From Mobula hypostoma (Eukaryota): a stretch of DNA of 64,000 nucleotides. Below the pieces are notes generated by a model. The model saw nothing but the letters and a program-made list of their open reading frames with translations, was not told the origin of the DNA and made no database searches. Shown here in pieces: positions 49,250 through 63,500 of this stretch. The DNA lies in contig NC_086097.1 in the NCBI RefSeq assembly GCF_963921235.1, positions 110,052,001-110,116,000 of the forward strand. Reading direction: 5' to 3'. The first letter of the stretch is position 1, and each line of letters opens with the position of its first letter. The position numbers were made by a program, and so were the translations under genes.

Positions 49250-50490
49250 ACTTTATTTCTTACATCCTTCACATACATGAGGAGTAAAAATCGTTACGTT
49301 ACGTCACCATCTAAATATGCCATGTGCAATCAGAGTCATTTATAATAATTTATAATAAATAAAACAGTCAATGTAATATAAGCACACTCAGGTCAGTGTG
49401 AGTTCATCAGTCTGATGGCCTGGTGGAAGAAGCTATCGCGGGGCTTGTTGGTCCTGGCTTTACACTGCGGTACCGTTTCCCGGATGGTAGCAGCTGGAAT
49501 AGATTGTGGTTGGGATGGCTTGGGTCCCCAATGATCCTATGGACCCTTTTTACACACCTGTCCTTGTAAATGTCCTGAATTATATTATGAGAACACTCAA
49601 TCCTCATTTATTGTCATTTAGAAAAGCATGCGTTAAGAAAAGATACAATGTTCCTCCAGAGTGATATCACAGAAAAACAGGACAAACCAAAGACTAACAC
49701 TGACAGAACCACATAATTATAACATATAGTTACAGCAGTGCAAAGTAATACCATAATTTGATAAAGAATAGACCATGGGCACGGTAAAAAAAAGTCTCAA
49801 AGTCACGAACAACTCCCGAGTCCCCGATAGCAGGCTGCAAAGGGAGAAACTCCCTGCCATAAACCTCCAGGCACCGACAACTGCCGATGCATTGGAAGCA
49901 CCCAACCACAGTCAACACTGAGTCAGTCCATCCAAAAACTTCGAGCCTCCAATCAGCCCCTCTGATACAGCCTCCTGAGCACCATCCCCTGCCGAGCGCC
50001 TTCGACCTCACCCCAGCTGCCAAAACAAGCAAAGCCGAGGATTCAGGGCCTTCTCCTCCGGAGATTCCTGTTATCACACAGTCGCAGCGGCAGCGTAGCG
50101 GGCATTTCAGAAGTTTCTCCAGATGTTCCTGTGTACTCTCACATCCGTCTCCATCAAATCAGAATTGTGCACAGTACCCTACTTGACAGATTACAGATAT
50201 CGCCACCGGAGTGGTCGCATGCACTGCCGTCGCGCTGCCATCTTCTCCCCCTCATGGGAAATTCGCATCTACAGATGCGCTGGGTTGTCTGCACCACTCT
50301 CTGCAGAATTCTGTGATTAAGGGAAGTACAGTTCCCATACAGGCAGTGATGCAGCCAGTCAGGATGCTCTCAGTTACGCCCCTGTAGAAAGTTCTTAAGA
50401 TTTGAGGGCCCATACCAAACCTCCTCAACTGTCTGAGGTGAAAGAGGCGCTGTTGTGCCTTTTTCACCACACTGCTGGTGTGTACAGACC
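49250..50490 (-). mobile_element. Rex1/Babar-like 3' end with a nested non-coding element (about 49600-50250)
   Basis: WSVHTSSVVKKAQQRLFHLRQL...ESILTGCI; IIGDPSHPNHNLFQLLPSGKRYRS. Confidence 0.8.
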
Positions 50491-50572
50491 ATTTACTGTC
50501 CATTTACTCCTTTCTTATCCAAGTATCTGTCTAATTATTTTTTAAATGCTGATTTTGTATCTTCCTCTACAA

Positions 50573-50630
50573 CAGGGGTTCCCAATCTTTTTTATGCCAT
50601 GGACCAATATCATTAGTTTGGGACCCCCTG
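50573..50630. mobile_element. 58-bp hAT-type MITE
   Basis: TIRs CAGGGGTTCCCAA / TTGGGACCCCCTG; 8-bp TSD CTCTAC(A/C)A. Confidence 0.7.
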
Positions 50631-50811
50631 CTCTACCACTTCCTCTGGCAGCCTGTTCCATATAACCACCAATCTTTGTGGAAAAACCTCCCCCCCCCCC
50701 GCCCCGATCTTATAATTACTCTCTGGTCATCTTAAACATTTACCCTCCAGTTTTAGACTTCCATGCTCTAGGAAATGGACTCTTAATATTTACCTTATCT
50801 GACGAATCTCA

Positions 50812-52070
50812 TAGAATTTTTTGAGGATGTAACTAGTAGTGTGGATAGGGGAGAACCAGTGGATGTGGTATATTTGGATTTTCAAAAGGCTTTTGACAAG
50901 GTCCCACACAGGAGATTAGTGTGCAAACTTAAAGCACACGGTATTGGGGGTAAGGTATTGATGTGGATAGAGAATTGGTTAGCAGACAGGAAGCAAAGAG
51001 TGGGAATAAACGGGACTTTTCAGAATGGCAGGCAGTGACTAGTGGGGTACCGCAAGGCTCAGTGCTGAGACCCCAGTTGTTTACAATATATATTAATGAC
51101 TTGGATGAGGGAACTAAATGCAGCATCTCCAAGTTTGCGGATGACACGAAGCTGGGCGGCAGTGTTAGCTGTGAGGAGGATGCTAAGAGAATGCACGGTG
51201 ACTTGGATAGGTTAGGTGAGTGGGCAAATTCATGGCAGATGCAATTTAATGTGGATAAATGTGAAGTTATCCACTTTGGTGGCAAAAACAGGAAAACAGA
51301 TTATTATCTGAATGGTGGCCGATTAGGAAAAGGGGAGGTGCAACGAGACCTGGGTGTCATTATACACCAGTCATTGAAAGTGGGCATGCAGGTACAGCAG
51401 GCGGTGAAAAAGGCGAACGGTATGCTGGCATTCATAGCAAGAGGATTCAAGTACAGGAGCAGGGAGGTACTAATGCAGTTGTACAAAGCCTTGGTGAGAC
51501 CACACCTGGAGTATTGTGTGCAGTTTTGGTCCCCTAATCTGAGGAAAGACATCCTTGCCATGGAGGGATTACAAAGAAGATTCACCAGATTGATTCCTGG
51601 GATGGCAGGACTTTCATATGATGAAAGACTGGATGAACTAGGCTTGTACTCGTTGGAATTCAGAAGATTGAGGGGGGATCTGATTGAAACGTATAAAATC
51701 CTAAAGGGATTGGACAGGCTAGATGCAGGAAGATTGTTCCCGATGTTGGGGAAGTCCAGAATGAGGGGCCACAGTTTGAGGATAAAGGGGAAGCCTTTTA
51801 GGACCGAGATGTTAGGAAAAACTTTTTCACACAGAGAGTGGTGAATCTGTGGAATTCTCTGCCACAGGAAACAGTTGAGGCCAGTTCATTGGTTATATTT
51901 AAGAGGGAGTTAGATATGGCCCTTGTGGCTAAAGGGATCAGGGGGTATGGAGAGAAGGCAGGTACAAGGTTCTGAGTTGGATGATCTGCCATGATCATAC
52001 TGAATGGCGGTGCAGGCTCGAAGGGCCGAATGGCCTACTCCTGCACCTATTTTCTATGTTGCTATGTTTC
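50812..52070 (+). mobile_element. Young CR1 LINE, 5'-truncated (RT and 3' UTR)
   Basis: VYLDFQKAFDKVPH, SGVPQGSVL, SKFADDTKLG, RPHLEYCVQFWSP; (TTTCTATG)n-like tail. Confidence 0.95.
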
Positions 52071-52884
52071 TATAATTTTATAAACCTCAGTAAAGTCAAA
52101 CTTCAGCCTCATGCAACAGCTTGATGAATCTCTTATGCTCCCTTTCTAACATTACCACATCCTTCCTGGAGTGTGTCAACCAGAACAGTACACAATAATT
52201 CAAGTGTGTGCTGACTAACATTTTGTTGAATCAAAACATGATATTCCAGCTCTTATACTCGATGTTAATGCCTGGGGAGATTCAATTCCTAGGGAAAAGA
52301 AGCATCCAGGAAGCAGCGTGTTCCAAAGCAAATCAAGTCCCTGGAAAAAAGGATTAATTTTCCCTCTTTTTTTTACATGACAGCATACAGTAGAAACAGA
52401 TCCTGCTGCTCTGTAAAATACCAAACCCTTTAATTTCACCAGAAGCTTGCTAAAAAAAAATACATGTTATCTTGGAATCAGTGATGTTGACTAGCTAAAA
52501 ACTGGAAGGGTGAGATGATCAAAATAAATGGCTGGCTGATGCAAGCACGTACCTCGTCTCAAAGATTGATTTCTGGGAAATAAAAGAAAAAGTAGGAAAA
52601 AGCGTTGCCTAGAAATTCCTTTACACCCTAATGGGAGCATGGAATGATATTTAATAATTGGAAAAAGCCACTATTTAATTAGCTGTCAGAATACACCAAA
52701 TTCATTTGCACATAGCCTTACTCACGAGCCACCAGGTGTGCATGTTTTCCTGTACAAAAGTGTGCCATCTGCCACGTATCTCCTGAGGCATCAGGCATGG
52801 GAGGCTGTACAGCAGCACCAGGAAGGCTGGTCTGACAGTTTACAGGGAGACAGCGAGTAGGCATTAGAGAGGCTGCCCTGAATC

Positions 52885-53145
52885 AGACAGCATGACCAGC
52901 ACAACGTTTCACAGTTCCAGCGACCCGGGTTCAATTCCCACAGATGCCTGTAAGGAGATTGTACGTTCTCCCCATTACAGCCTGGGTTTCTTCCAGGTGC
53001 TCCAGTACCACCTGGTAAGTTAATTGATCATTGTAAATTGTCCTGTGATTAGGCTGGAATTAAATCGAGTACTTCTGGGCAGAAAGTCTTGAAGTGTTGG
53101 CAAGGGCTATTCTGCACTGTATCCCGATAAAAAAAATAAATAAAA
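52885..53145 (+). mobile_element. tRNA-derived V-SINE (HE1-like)
   Basis: B box GGTTCAATTCC; V-domain-like GTACGTTCTCCCC...TGGGTTTCTTCCAGGTGCTCC; A-rich tail. Confidence 0.7.
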
Positions 53146-53814
53146 AGAATGATCAGAGAGGAGGGATTGTGAAGGCCAGCATCATATATGGGTTATGAAA
53201 GTGGAAAGCACTAGGCTGGACAATACTGGGAGGTCGGTCACAGATAAGGTATTTGTGGCAGAAGCACGAAACCAGATCATTTGAAAGGGCTGTGCAGATT
53301 GGAAGTTGGACAATTTGTCATTTGACTGCAAGGTCGATGATAGAATTAATAATGCATTGCACCAAAACTGTTACACTCTGGCTAACGTGGTTCAAGGAGC
53401 ATATCTCACATATAATCACAGACCCAAAAACACATTGAGGTAACAAGTACAATTCATGATCGGAACTCCCCAAATGAAATTCACAAGCAAAATTAAATGG
53501 TCTCAAATGCAACTTACCCCAAATTAAATCAAATTTCAATTGTTTAGCACTGATAAACACTGCATTATGTGATCAGATTTTTAAGCTTATGATCATAATT
53601 TGTAATGCCAAGGAAAATACTGTTACCACATACAAATGGATGGATAGTTGAATGCCTTGGCAAAAGTTACCCACAGTTATACTGAATTACTGCATTTGTA
53701 TGGGAGGATATCAATTTCTATGAGGAATTAAGCGAATATTTCAGTGTGCAGGTTTTCCCTCTTCGTAATAGTCCATTGGAGTCAATCTGGATAAGTAAAA
53801 ATAAAGATAAGCTT

Positions 53815-55103
53815 ATGGACTCTCACAGCTACCTGGACTATTCCTCCTCCCACTCTGTCTCTTGCAAAAATGCCATCCACTTCTCGCAATTCTTCCGTCT
53901 CCGCTGCATCTGCTCTCAGGATGAGGCTTCTCATTCCAGGACGAGAAAGATGTCCTCCTTTTTTAAAGGAAGGGGCTTCCCCTCCTCCACCATCAACTCT
54001 GCTCTCAAACGCATCTCCCCCATATCACACACATCTGCTCTCACTCCATCCTCCCGCCACCCCACTAGGAATAGGGTTCCCCTTGTCCTCACCTGCCACT
54101 CCACCAGCCTCTGGGTCCAACATATAATTCTCAGTAACTTCCGCCACCTCCGACGGGATCCCACCACTAAGCACATCTTTCCCTCCCCCCCCCTTTCTGC
54201 TTTTGTAGAGATCGCTCCCTACGCAACTCCCTTGTCCGTTCGTCCCCCCCATCCTTTTCCACCTATCTCCCTCCTGGCACTTATCCGTGTAAGTGGAACA
54301 AGTGCAACACATACCTTTACACTTCCTCCCTCACCACCATTCAGGGCCCTAGACAGACCTTCCAGGTGAGGCGACTCTTCACCTGTGAGTCGACTGGGGT
54401 GATATACTGCGTTCGGTACTCCCGATGTGGCCTTCTATATGTTGGCAAGACCCGACGCAGACTGGGAGATTGTTTTGCTGAACACCTACGCTCTGTCCGC
54501 CAGAGAAAGTAGCATCTCCCAGTGGCCACACGTTTTAATTCCACATCCCACTCCCATTCTGATATGTCTATCCACGGCCTCCTCTACTGTAAAGATGAAG
54601 CCACACTCAGGTTGGAGGAACAACACCTTATATTCCGTCTGGGTAGCCTCCAACCTGATGGCATGAACATTGACTTCTCTAACTTTCATTAATGCCCCTC
54701 CTCCCCTTCGTACCCCATCCCTTATTTATTTATTTATTATTATTATTATATTTTCTCTCTCTCTTTTTTCTCCCTCCGTCCCTGTCACTATAACTCCTTG
54801 CCCATCCTCTGGGCTCCCCTCCCCCTTTCTTTTTCCATAGGCCTTCCGTCCCATGATCCTCTCCCTTCTCCAGCCTTGTATCCCTTTTGCCAATAAACTT
54901 TCCAACTCTTGGCTCAACCCTGCCCCTCCTGTCTTCTCCTATCATTTTGGATCTCCCCCTCCCCCTCCCACTTTCAAATCTCTGACTATCTCTTCTTTCA
55001 GTTAGTCCTGACGGAGGGTCTCGGCCCAAAACGTCGACTGTACCTTTTCCTAGAGATGCTGCCTGGCCTGCTGCATTCACCAGTATTTTTTTATGTGTGT
55101 TGC
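53815..55103 (+). mobile_element. Penelope-like element (RT C-terminus, GIY-YIG, pLTR)
   Basis: DSHSYLDYSSSH..CKNAIHFSQFFRLRCICS; GVIYCVRYSRCGLLYVGKT; ATAAGCTT on both flanks. Confidence 0.9.
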
Positions 55104-55161
55104 ATAAGCTTTATTTGTCACATTTACATTGAAACATCGAAACATGCAGTAAAATGCATTG

Positions 55162-55387
55162 CAAAGCACATACAAAATGTTGGAGGAACTCAGCAGGCCA
55201 GGCAGCATCTAGGGAAAGAGTACAGTCGACATTTTGGGCCAAAACCTTGAGTCCTGCTGAAGGGTTTTGGCCTAAAACGTCAACTATACTCTTTTTTGCA
55301 TAGATGCTGCCTGACCTGCTGAGTTCCTCTTGTATTTTGTGTGTGTTGCTCAGATTTCCAGCGTCTGCAGATTTTCTCTTGTTTGTG
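55162..55387. mobile_element. Penelope pLTR inverted-pair insertion
   Basis: Head-to-head pLTR halves joined at about 55248; approximate 14-bp TSD AGT(A/G)AAATGC(A/T)TTG. Confidence 0.75.
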
Positions 55388-57269
55388 AGTGAAATGCTTT
55401 GTCTGTGTCTATGAAAAAGACAGTTTAAATGCTGCTGTGGGCAGCCCGCATATGCCACCGTGCTTCCAGTGCCAAAAGAGCATGCCCACAATTTATTAAC
55501 CCTAACTTACATGTCTTTTTTTAGAATGTGGGAGGAAAACAGAGCACCCAGAAGAAACCTACACGGTCATGGGGACAAAGTGTGGAGATGTTAAATACTA
55601 GATGGCATAGATGGATGTTGGGGGGGGAGGTTAAAGGAGATTTGCAAGGCATATTTTTACACAGAGTGGTATAATAACAATATTTAAGAGGCAGCTCAAA
55701 GGCACGTGAACATGTAAGAGACAGATGGGTATGAGCACGAGCAGGCAAATGGGATTGGTTAAAATTGGTATCATGGACAGCCCAGATATGGTGGGCCAAA
55801 TGACCTTCCGTGTGATTCCCTTTTCTAGGTATTAATGCTCTGAACACGGTAGTGAATTTAGCATTAATCCTTGTCTTTGCAGGGAGATGGTTCCTAGTGT
55901 ATAGAAAATTCCTATATTTTCCTGAGTTATATCAGGGATCACGATAACAATGGAGCCTGGTTGTTTGACAGGGGAACGTGGGAAGAGGACCTTCATCTTC
56001 CAGATCATTAATATAAGGTGCACTGGTGCACTGGATGAAGATATCAAAAATCATTTGGAGCTTACCCTCTGCATGTGAATATAAACATCATCTATGAACT
56101 ATAACTTGATACCTGATGTTAGGGTAATCTTGCTTCTGGAACAGAAGCAACTAAGGTAGCACAGTTTCCCGTTCAAACAGTGGTGAACTCCACTCCAGTG
56201 GGACATCTGTTGTGGGGGAAACTGCATTACTATGGCAAGGAAAGCTGGGAAAAGGATGAAGTGAATCTAGTGCTGCTGCCATTGATTCATGGTGGATTGG
56301 TTGATTAGGATCACTGTTGATATGTTGAAGATATTGAACAGTAATAAATGTATAAAGACTATCAAATTTGAGTTGGATACTCCACACTACTGGTTGGCTG
56401 GTAAAGTCAATGGCACTAGTGACACTGAGAAAGACTACATCTAATGATCTGTGTTGATCCCTAACCTTCCATTGAATTTGTCTGGTAGTGAAGATTGTGT
56501 CCATTATACTGACTTATGGACAAATGTGCATTGTGTTATCAAGAGGAAGTGCTTATGACACTCCCCTTGGCAATCAGCAGAGTGACTTCTCTACAATTGT
56601 CACAGTGATACTTGCCTCCTTTCTTGCTCAGAACTACAGCATCTCTGAGACCTTCTTCCTCTTCCTGGACAGTGGGGAGATAAGGAAAAGATTCTGTGCC
56701 TGATGTATTTTGCTGCCATGTGTTAGTATTTCAGGAAAAATTGCATCTGCTCCAGAAGCGATGTCGTTTTTCAAATCTTTTCAGCCTCTGGTATTCTGGC
56801 AAGGTCCTGGGTTGATGGCAGAAAATGAGTTGTGGGAAGGAATTGATGACAGTGGCACTGAAAACATTATCAGTTGAGAGGTCTTTAAAGAGCTCTTTAC
56901 AGCAGTTCTCAAAGCCTCTATCTTAATAAGCTCTACTGCCTTCTTAGCTTTCTATAGACCATGTCCTTTGGGTGTTTGGTCCACAGAAGAAGCAAAGGAT
57001 AAACATTACAGAAAGCCAGCTGCGTGGGTACAATCAGATGGGATTTCTCTGCTGGGGTCAGAATGGATTGCAGGGAATAATTGGCCTTTCTCTGTGCCCT
57101 GGTGGTAAAAACATTCTTAACTGAATTGGAGAATCCACGTACAGTATGTTGCTGGTCTCCTGTCCTGCTTTCACCCACAAATATGTATAATTGGTTACAG
57201 ATTATTTGTAATAAAAAAACCAAAAAAAAAACAAATAATCTGTATAATTGGGAGGTGTTACAGATGCTG

Positions 57270-58805
57270 GATGCATTAAGAAAATGCTGGAGGAACTCAG
57301 CAAGTCAGGCAGTATCTGTGGAGAGGAATAAACAGTCAACATTTCAGACCAAGGCCCTTCATGACGATTGGAAAGGAAGGTGATCGAAGCCAGGATGTGG
57401 AGGGATATAAGGAGTACAAGCTAACAGTGACAGGTGAGACCGGGCGAGGGGTGAATGAAGTAAGAAGCTGGGAAGTGATAGGTGAAAGAGGTAAAAGGCT
57501 GGAGAAGAAGGAACATTATAGGATGGGATAGTGGAGCATGGAAGAAGGGGAAGGAGGTGATGGGCAGGTGAGAAGAGATGTGGTGAGAGGGTAACCAGAA
57601 TGGCGAATAGAACAGGAGAGAAGGAGGGAGGGAGAGCAATTACCAGGTTAAAGAAACTCATATTCATTCCATCAGGTTGGAAGCTACCAAGATAGGTGAT
57701 GCTCTTCTAACCAGAGTTTGGCATCATCATGGCAGTAGAGGAGGCTATGGAGTGACATGTCAGAATGGGAAGTTGAATTAAAATTGGTCGCCACTGAGAG
57801 ATCCTGCCTTTTTGTGCCAGACAGAGTGAAAGTGCTCATTGAAGTGATCCCCCAATCTATATCAGGTGGCATTGATGTGAAGCATACCACACCAGGAGCA
57901 ATAGATCATTGCTTCACCTGGAGGGATGGTTTGGGGCCCTGATTGGTGGTGGAGGAGCAGGTGCAGCACTTGTCATGTTTTCAGGGATAAGTGCCAGAAG
58001 GGAGATTAATGGGAAAGGATGAGTAGGCAAGGGAGTCATGTAGGGAATGATCTCTTTGGAAACCTTTGACAGAGGATGGGTTGTGGGGAGAGATATGCTC
58101 AGTAGTAGGATCCCATTGGGGATGGCAGAAGTTATGGAGAATAATATCCTGGATATGGTGGGTTATGGGGTGGTAGATAAGGACAGAGGAAACTCTACCC
58201 CTGTGATGGCAGCGGAAGGATGGGGTGAGGGCAGATATGCGGGAAATTGAAGAGATGTGGGTGAAGCCAGCACCAATAGTGGTGGAAGGGAAACCCTGTT
58301 CTTTGAAAACAAGAGGACTTCTCAGATATTCTAGAATGGAAATTCTAGAATGGAAAAGATGTGGCAGAGACAGAAGAAATGAGAAAAAGGAATAATGATT
58401 TTACAAGTGGAACAGGTTTAGTCAAGTAAGTCTCAGTTGGTTTGAAAGAGATGTCAGTGATGCCAGAGATGGAAACAGTGAACTCAAGAAAGAGGAGAGA
58501 AGTGTCACAGATGGACTAAGTAAATATGAGGATAGGGCAGAAGTTAAATGCAAAGCTTGTGAAATTGATGAGCTGGGCATGGGTGCAGGAAGCAGCTCCA
58601 ATAGTGTCATCGGTATGGTGGAGAACAAGTTGGAGTCTGACCTGCTCTTGCTTATCGCTTGCCTTCCCCACACTTTCTCATTCTGGCTTCTGCGCTCTTC
58701 CTTTCCAGTACTGATGAAGGGTCTTGACCCAAAATGTCAACTGTTTATTCCCCTCCATAGATGCTGCTTAGCCTGCTGTGTTGCTCCAGCATTTTGTGTG
58801 TGTTT
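57270..58805 (-). mobile_element. Older Penelope-like element with an inverted pLTR at its far end
   Basis: Minus-strand GIY-YIG and RT-end remnants 57660-58640; plus-strand pLTR about 58650-58805 with a decayed hammerhead. Confidence 0.8.
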
Positions 58806-60169
58806 CGTTAGATATGAGCTTTTGTTGGACCTTAGCCTTCAGATGTCTGTATACTTTTTTCTTCCCCTTTGAAAGCGAATTGTGTTTCCAGACCAAAAAA
58901 CTGTTCTAATTAATTATGATTAATTGGTTTTTGGATCTCTGAGTTATTCTCATCAAAGCGGCTTTGGTATTTCCTTGTCTTATCACAAGTGCTAATTATG
59001 GACGACTTCAGGGCAGTCACTGTCAGACACTGTGAAGCCTCTGCAGCTCTTCTTGGTTGGAATCATCAGGTTGTGTATGAGGTACTGACTATTTCTGTTG
59101 CTGTAGCCACTTAGGGACTATGTTGATGGTGATGACAGATGGGATTAGGCAGTGAACATCCTTGAGCTCTCTCACTCAGAAAATGACGTGATTTAGCAGG
59201 TGACAATGCTTGGATTGTGTGCATTAGAATGACGAATTGTACTTGATTCTTAAACATTTCTCAGATGTGGTTTTGATATAAAGTTAAAGAAATGGCTTTG
59301 AATTAGCTTGCTCTACTCTGTTCTTACCAATCACAACTTTCCATAGTTTGATTATAATGTTGATTGCTAACCTGAAGCACCATTGAACATAGTGGTCCTA
59401 TTCTCTCCCTGGCTCAGTACTCCTTCCTAATGTATGTGTGCAGTGCCTTTGAATATTCCTTAATCATATTCACAAAAGACATTTCACGGCCCCCTTTTAA
59501 CTTCCTTGATTCCCTGCTTGAGTTTCTTCCTGCTTTCTTTACATTCCTTATGGCGTCTGTCTGATTTCATGTTCTTAAACATGTTCTTAAAAGTGAAAGG
59601 TGCTTCCTTTCACTTTTTGACTCATTTATTTAAACCTGGGGTTCAAATTGATGGGAGAGGGATGTCGAGTTCCTGTGATTTCTGTGCTTTTCCAGACAGT
59701 ACTACCTGAGATCAGATTGCCTGGTATTTCCAAGGTGCAGCTTCTCACTTCACTTCTATTGTGATTGCTCAAGCTTTAAGAACAACTCTCTTTTAGCCTC
59801 ATCCACAGTGTTTGAGACTTCCTATACATGCTGATGACGGCAGCATGCTGCTTCTGCAGTAGAGCAAGCCAGGAGTCACAGAGAGGGAGGCATCATTGTT
59901 GGAAAAATTATTACATGAAGATGGTGTTCCTCTTCCACCTTGCCTTTTCAGAGGAAGGTACTTCCATTGCTAAGACCAACTCCAGATCTGCCCTCTAATT
60001 ACAGTGCACCTACACACTATGGCAGTTCAGGTAACAGAAATTCACCCGTGAGAGAGTCTCAAAGCATAACCCAAAATTCAGAGGTACAGAGCAAAATTCA
60101 CTGTTACACAATTTATATGAAAAATATTAAATAAGTAAATATGAATTTGATTGAGCTTTTTGATGATGT

Positions 60170-61010
60170 ATCGCCCTGATGCAAACAATTGATTATTTTG
60201 ACAATGTGACTAAAAAGGTCAATGAGGGCAGCAGGGTAGATGTAGTGTATATGGACTTCAATAAGGCCTTTGATAAGCTTCAATGTGGTAGCTGGCTCTG
60301 GAATGTTAGGCAGCATGGAATGCAGGGAGCGCTGGCTAATGGATACACAGTCGGCTTGATGGTAGAAAACCTAAGGTGGCAGTGGAAGCTTTTTCTTGGA
60401 CTGGAGGACCATGATTAGTGGTGTGCCTCAAAGGTCAGTGCTAGGCCCGTAGTTGTTTGTCATCTCCTTCAATGGTCAAAATAAGAATGTACAATTCATG
60501 GTCAGTAAGTTTGCAAATATCACTGAAGTGAACCAGTAAAAGTTATGAAAAATTATAGGTCTGATCTGTATCAGTTGACTAAGTGGGCCAAGAATGGCAA
60601 ATGGAACTTAATTCAGATAAGTACAAGCTGTTGCATTTTGGGAAGTTATATCCAGGTAGGATTTTCACAGTCCTGAAGCAGTGACGTAGAACAGTTGCTT
60701 TGGAATCCAGGTACATAGTTCCCTGAAAGTGGAGTCACAATTAGACAGGATGGCAAAGAAAGCTTTTGGCACATTGGCCTTCATCAGTCCAGACACTGAG
60801 TATGAAAGTTAGGAGCTCCTGGTGTGATTGTACGAAATGCTGATGAGGCTGCACTTGGAGTATTGTTTGACTTTTAGTCAACCTGCTTTAGGAAAGATAT
60901 TATTAAGCTGGAAAGAGTGCAGAATAGATTTGCAAGGATGTTCCCAAGATTTGAGGGACTGAGTTATAGGGAGAGGTTGGACAGTCCAGAATGTTTTCCT
61001 TGGAGTGCAG
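60170..61010 (+). mobile_element. Decayed CR1 RT
   Basis: VDVVYMDFNKAFDK, SGVPQRSVLGP, LERVQNRFARMFP. Confidence 0.85.
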
Positions 61011-61564
61011 GGAAGTGTAAATCAATGCACTACAAGATCCGACTCCTGACTCTGAAATTCCCACCTAAAAGGGGAAATTCAAATGGTTCTGGAGAAGGAG
61101 CACTGGCCTGAAATATTAGCTTGGTTTGTCTTTCTACATACACTGCAAGGCCTGCATGATGGACAGAATTTTCTACATTTTGTTTCACATTTCCAGCATC
61201 TGCAATTTGTTTTTGATCTATGGTGTTTTACAAGTAGGGTATCGTACATCTTCAGTCACTATGTCACCCACTCAGCATGCCTTTTTCATTACTTTCTGAA
61301 GTAGTCTATGATATCTTAACTACCTTTATGCACAGGCCCTCAAATTTCTTTGGGCTTCTATTGCTTCTAGTCTTCCAAGATTTAGTTAGTATTCCATTCT
61401 ATCTCTTTTAGATAGATGGTTTCACTGAGCCAAATATTTTTCAGTAGCACCGACACTGTCTCTTTCTTAACCTCAACAAGCTCCAGCACATTAGTCTGTT
61501 CTATGCTGACATCATATTTGTCAAAGTCGCTCTCACGATGAACACTGAAGCAAAGTATTCAATT

Positions 61565-61960
61565 ACACCATAACACCATAAGACATAGGAGAAAAATGGG
61601 CCATAGATCCCATCAAATCTTCTCCGCCATTCCATCAGGGCTGATTTATTATCCCTCTCAACCTCATTCTCCTGCCTTCTGCCCATAACCTTTGATGTCC
61701 TTGCTAGTTAACAACCTATCAAACTCCGCTTGAAATATACTCAATGACTTGGCCTTGTGTGGCAGTAAATTCTACAGATTTACCACCCTCTGTCTGAAGA
61801 AATTCCTTCTCATCTCTGTTCTAAAGTGATTCCCTTCTATTCTGAGGCTGAGCCCTCTAGTCCAATACTCCCCCACTGTAGAAAACATCGTCCCCACATC
61901 CACCCTGTCCAGGCTGTTCCATATTTTATCAGTTTTAATAAGATCCCTCCTCATTCTTCA
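61565..61960 (-). mobile_element. CR1 3' fragment
   Basis: MRRDLIKTDKI...FRTEMRRNFFRQRVVNL. Confidence 0.85.
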
Positions 61961-62739
61961 TTCATCAAGGACCTCTCCTAGTTCAAGTTTAAGTTCAAGT
62001 TTATTGTCATCTGACAGTACATATATATAGTCAAACAAAAGAACAACTCTCTGGATTACAGTGCACCCACAAAACATATATCACACACAGCACATAAACC
62101 AAAATATTACCATAAATAAGTTAATAAAATATAATTCTAAGTGCACATAGTGGACAGTATTGTAAACAGGGAGCAGCTCGCTGTCCTGGTGATGAGACCT
62201 CGGTGGTGGCAGGGTATTCACCACTCTCACAGCCTGAGGGAAGAAGTCTAGCAGTCTGTACTCTTGCTGATGGCAGTGGGATGGATGGTTATGATCCCCA
62301 GCAATGCTCTGGGCCCTTTGTATACAATGCTGCAGGTAAATGACATAAAAAGAGGGGCAGGAGACCCTGATGATCCTCTCAGCAGTTTTTAACTATCCTC
62401 TGTGGGGTCTTGGGGTCTTGTGCTCTGATGCCTTGTAGTTTCCATACTACACAATGAAGCAGCCAGACAGGACACTCTCAATGATGCTCAACGATGCTTC
62501 CTCTGCCTCCAGGCACATTTTCCCCTTTATCCCTGAGCAGTCCTACCCTCACTCTAGTCATGCTCACGTACAGGTAGAAAGCAATGGGATTTTCCTTAAA
62601 ACCACTTTCAAAGGAATAGTGCAAAAAAAAGGTAATTTCATTCAGTGGTGTAAATGCTTAAAAAACATAAAGTAGCATCTTTGCCACAAATGTGGCTCCT
62701 TGAAGTGAAACATTTTCATTGTTTGAAGGGCTTCCCCTC

Positions 62740-63500
62740 CTAACTCTGCCCCTCAATCTGCAGTAGCAGATGGAGCCTATACAGTGGTCCTTCACCACAG
62801 AAATCTTCGCATCGGCTGCACCGAGCTTCGTTGTGTTCCTCAGCACTCAATCCTGCAGACTGAACGGTTCCAGTTGGTAACATTCCTTTACAGCATCTCA
62901 CTGTCCTGGAAGACCACTAATTTTTAGGCAGATCAGAGCCCTACACTGAGATGATGACCTTCCCGCAGGACTTTACATCTGTTTCAGTGTGCGTTATGGG
63001 GAACAGCCTGGAGTTCAGTGTCTTTTGTTATGCAGCTGGTGGGGATGAACTAGGCTTTGGATCCTTTCATCCATCTCCACAATGTCTTACCAAACCCACG
63101 GTCACGAGAGAGTTGGGTGATTGTTTCTTCCCCACCACAGCTGTCCCAAGGGCAGTGTAGATTGGAAGTTATATGCCATCTGAAAAGGAAAGCTCCAACA
63201 GGAAAGGTACCTCTCACCACCAGCTAAACAAGGTCTTGGTGCTTGTTGGTCAGGTCCGTCAATGAGGCATTCTGCTCAGGGAACAAATGCAAAATCTGCA
63301 ATGTCTCTATCTGAAATGTTGGTAGTGTATTTTGCACTGACCATTGCCTGATGGACTTGTGGCCAAAGGTGTTTACCCAAAAGAACTTTTCCACGAAGGA
63401 CAAAAAGTGCAGCAACACCCAGTTGAATTGGGTGTTGTGAGGTAGAGGTGGTACGCTTACATTCCACAAAACCAGGGACATAATAATCCTATCCAATCTT
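62740..63500 (-). mobile_element. Decayed Tx1/L1-clade LINE ORF2 C-terminus
   Basis: HFLSFVEKFF..NTFGHKSIRQWS...FPEQ..NAS...NKHQDL and QD*VLRNTTKLGAADAK, matching Tx1-type ORF2 ends as I recall them. Confidence 0.7.

Noticed and set aside
55900..57200. Several 70-117 aa ORFs as host exons
   Set aside because: No recognisable domain or consistent splice pattern; more likely very old LINE debris.
62764..62876. Apparent + strand exon (CTGCAG acceptor, open frame ADGAYTVVLHHRNLRIG..., GTAACA donor)
   Set aside because: The minus strand reads QD*VLRNTTKLGAADAK, the end of the Tx1-type LINE ORF2 that continues to about 63500.
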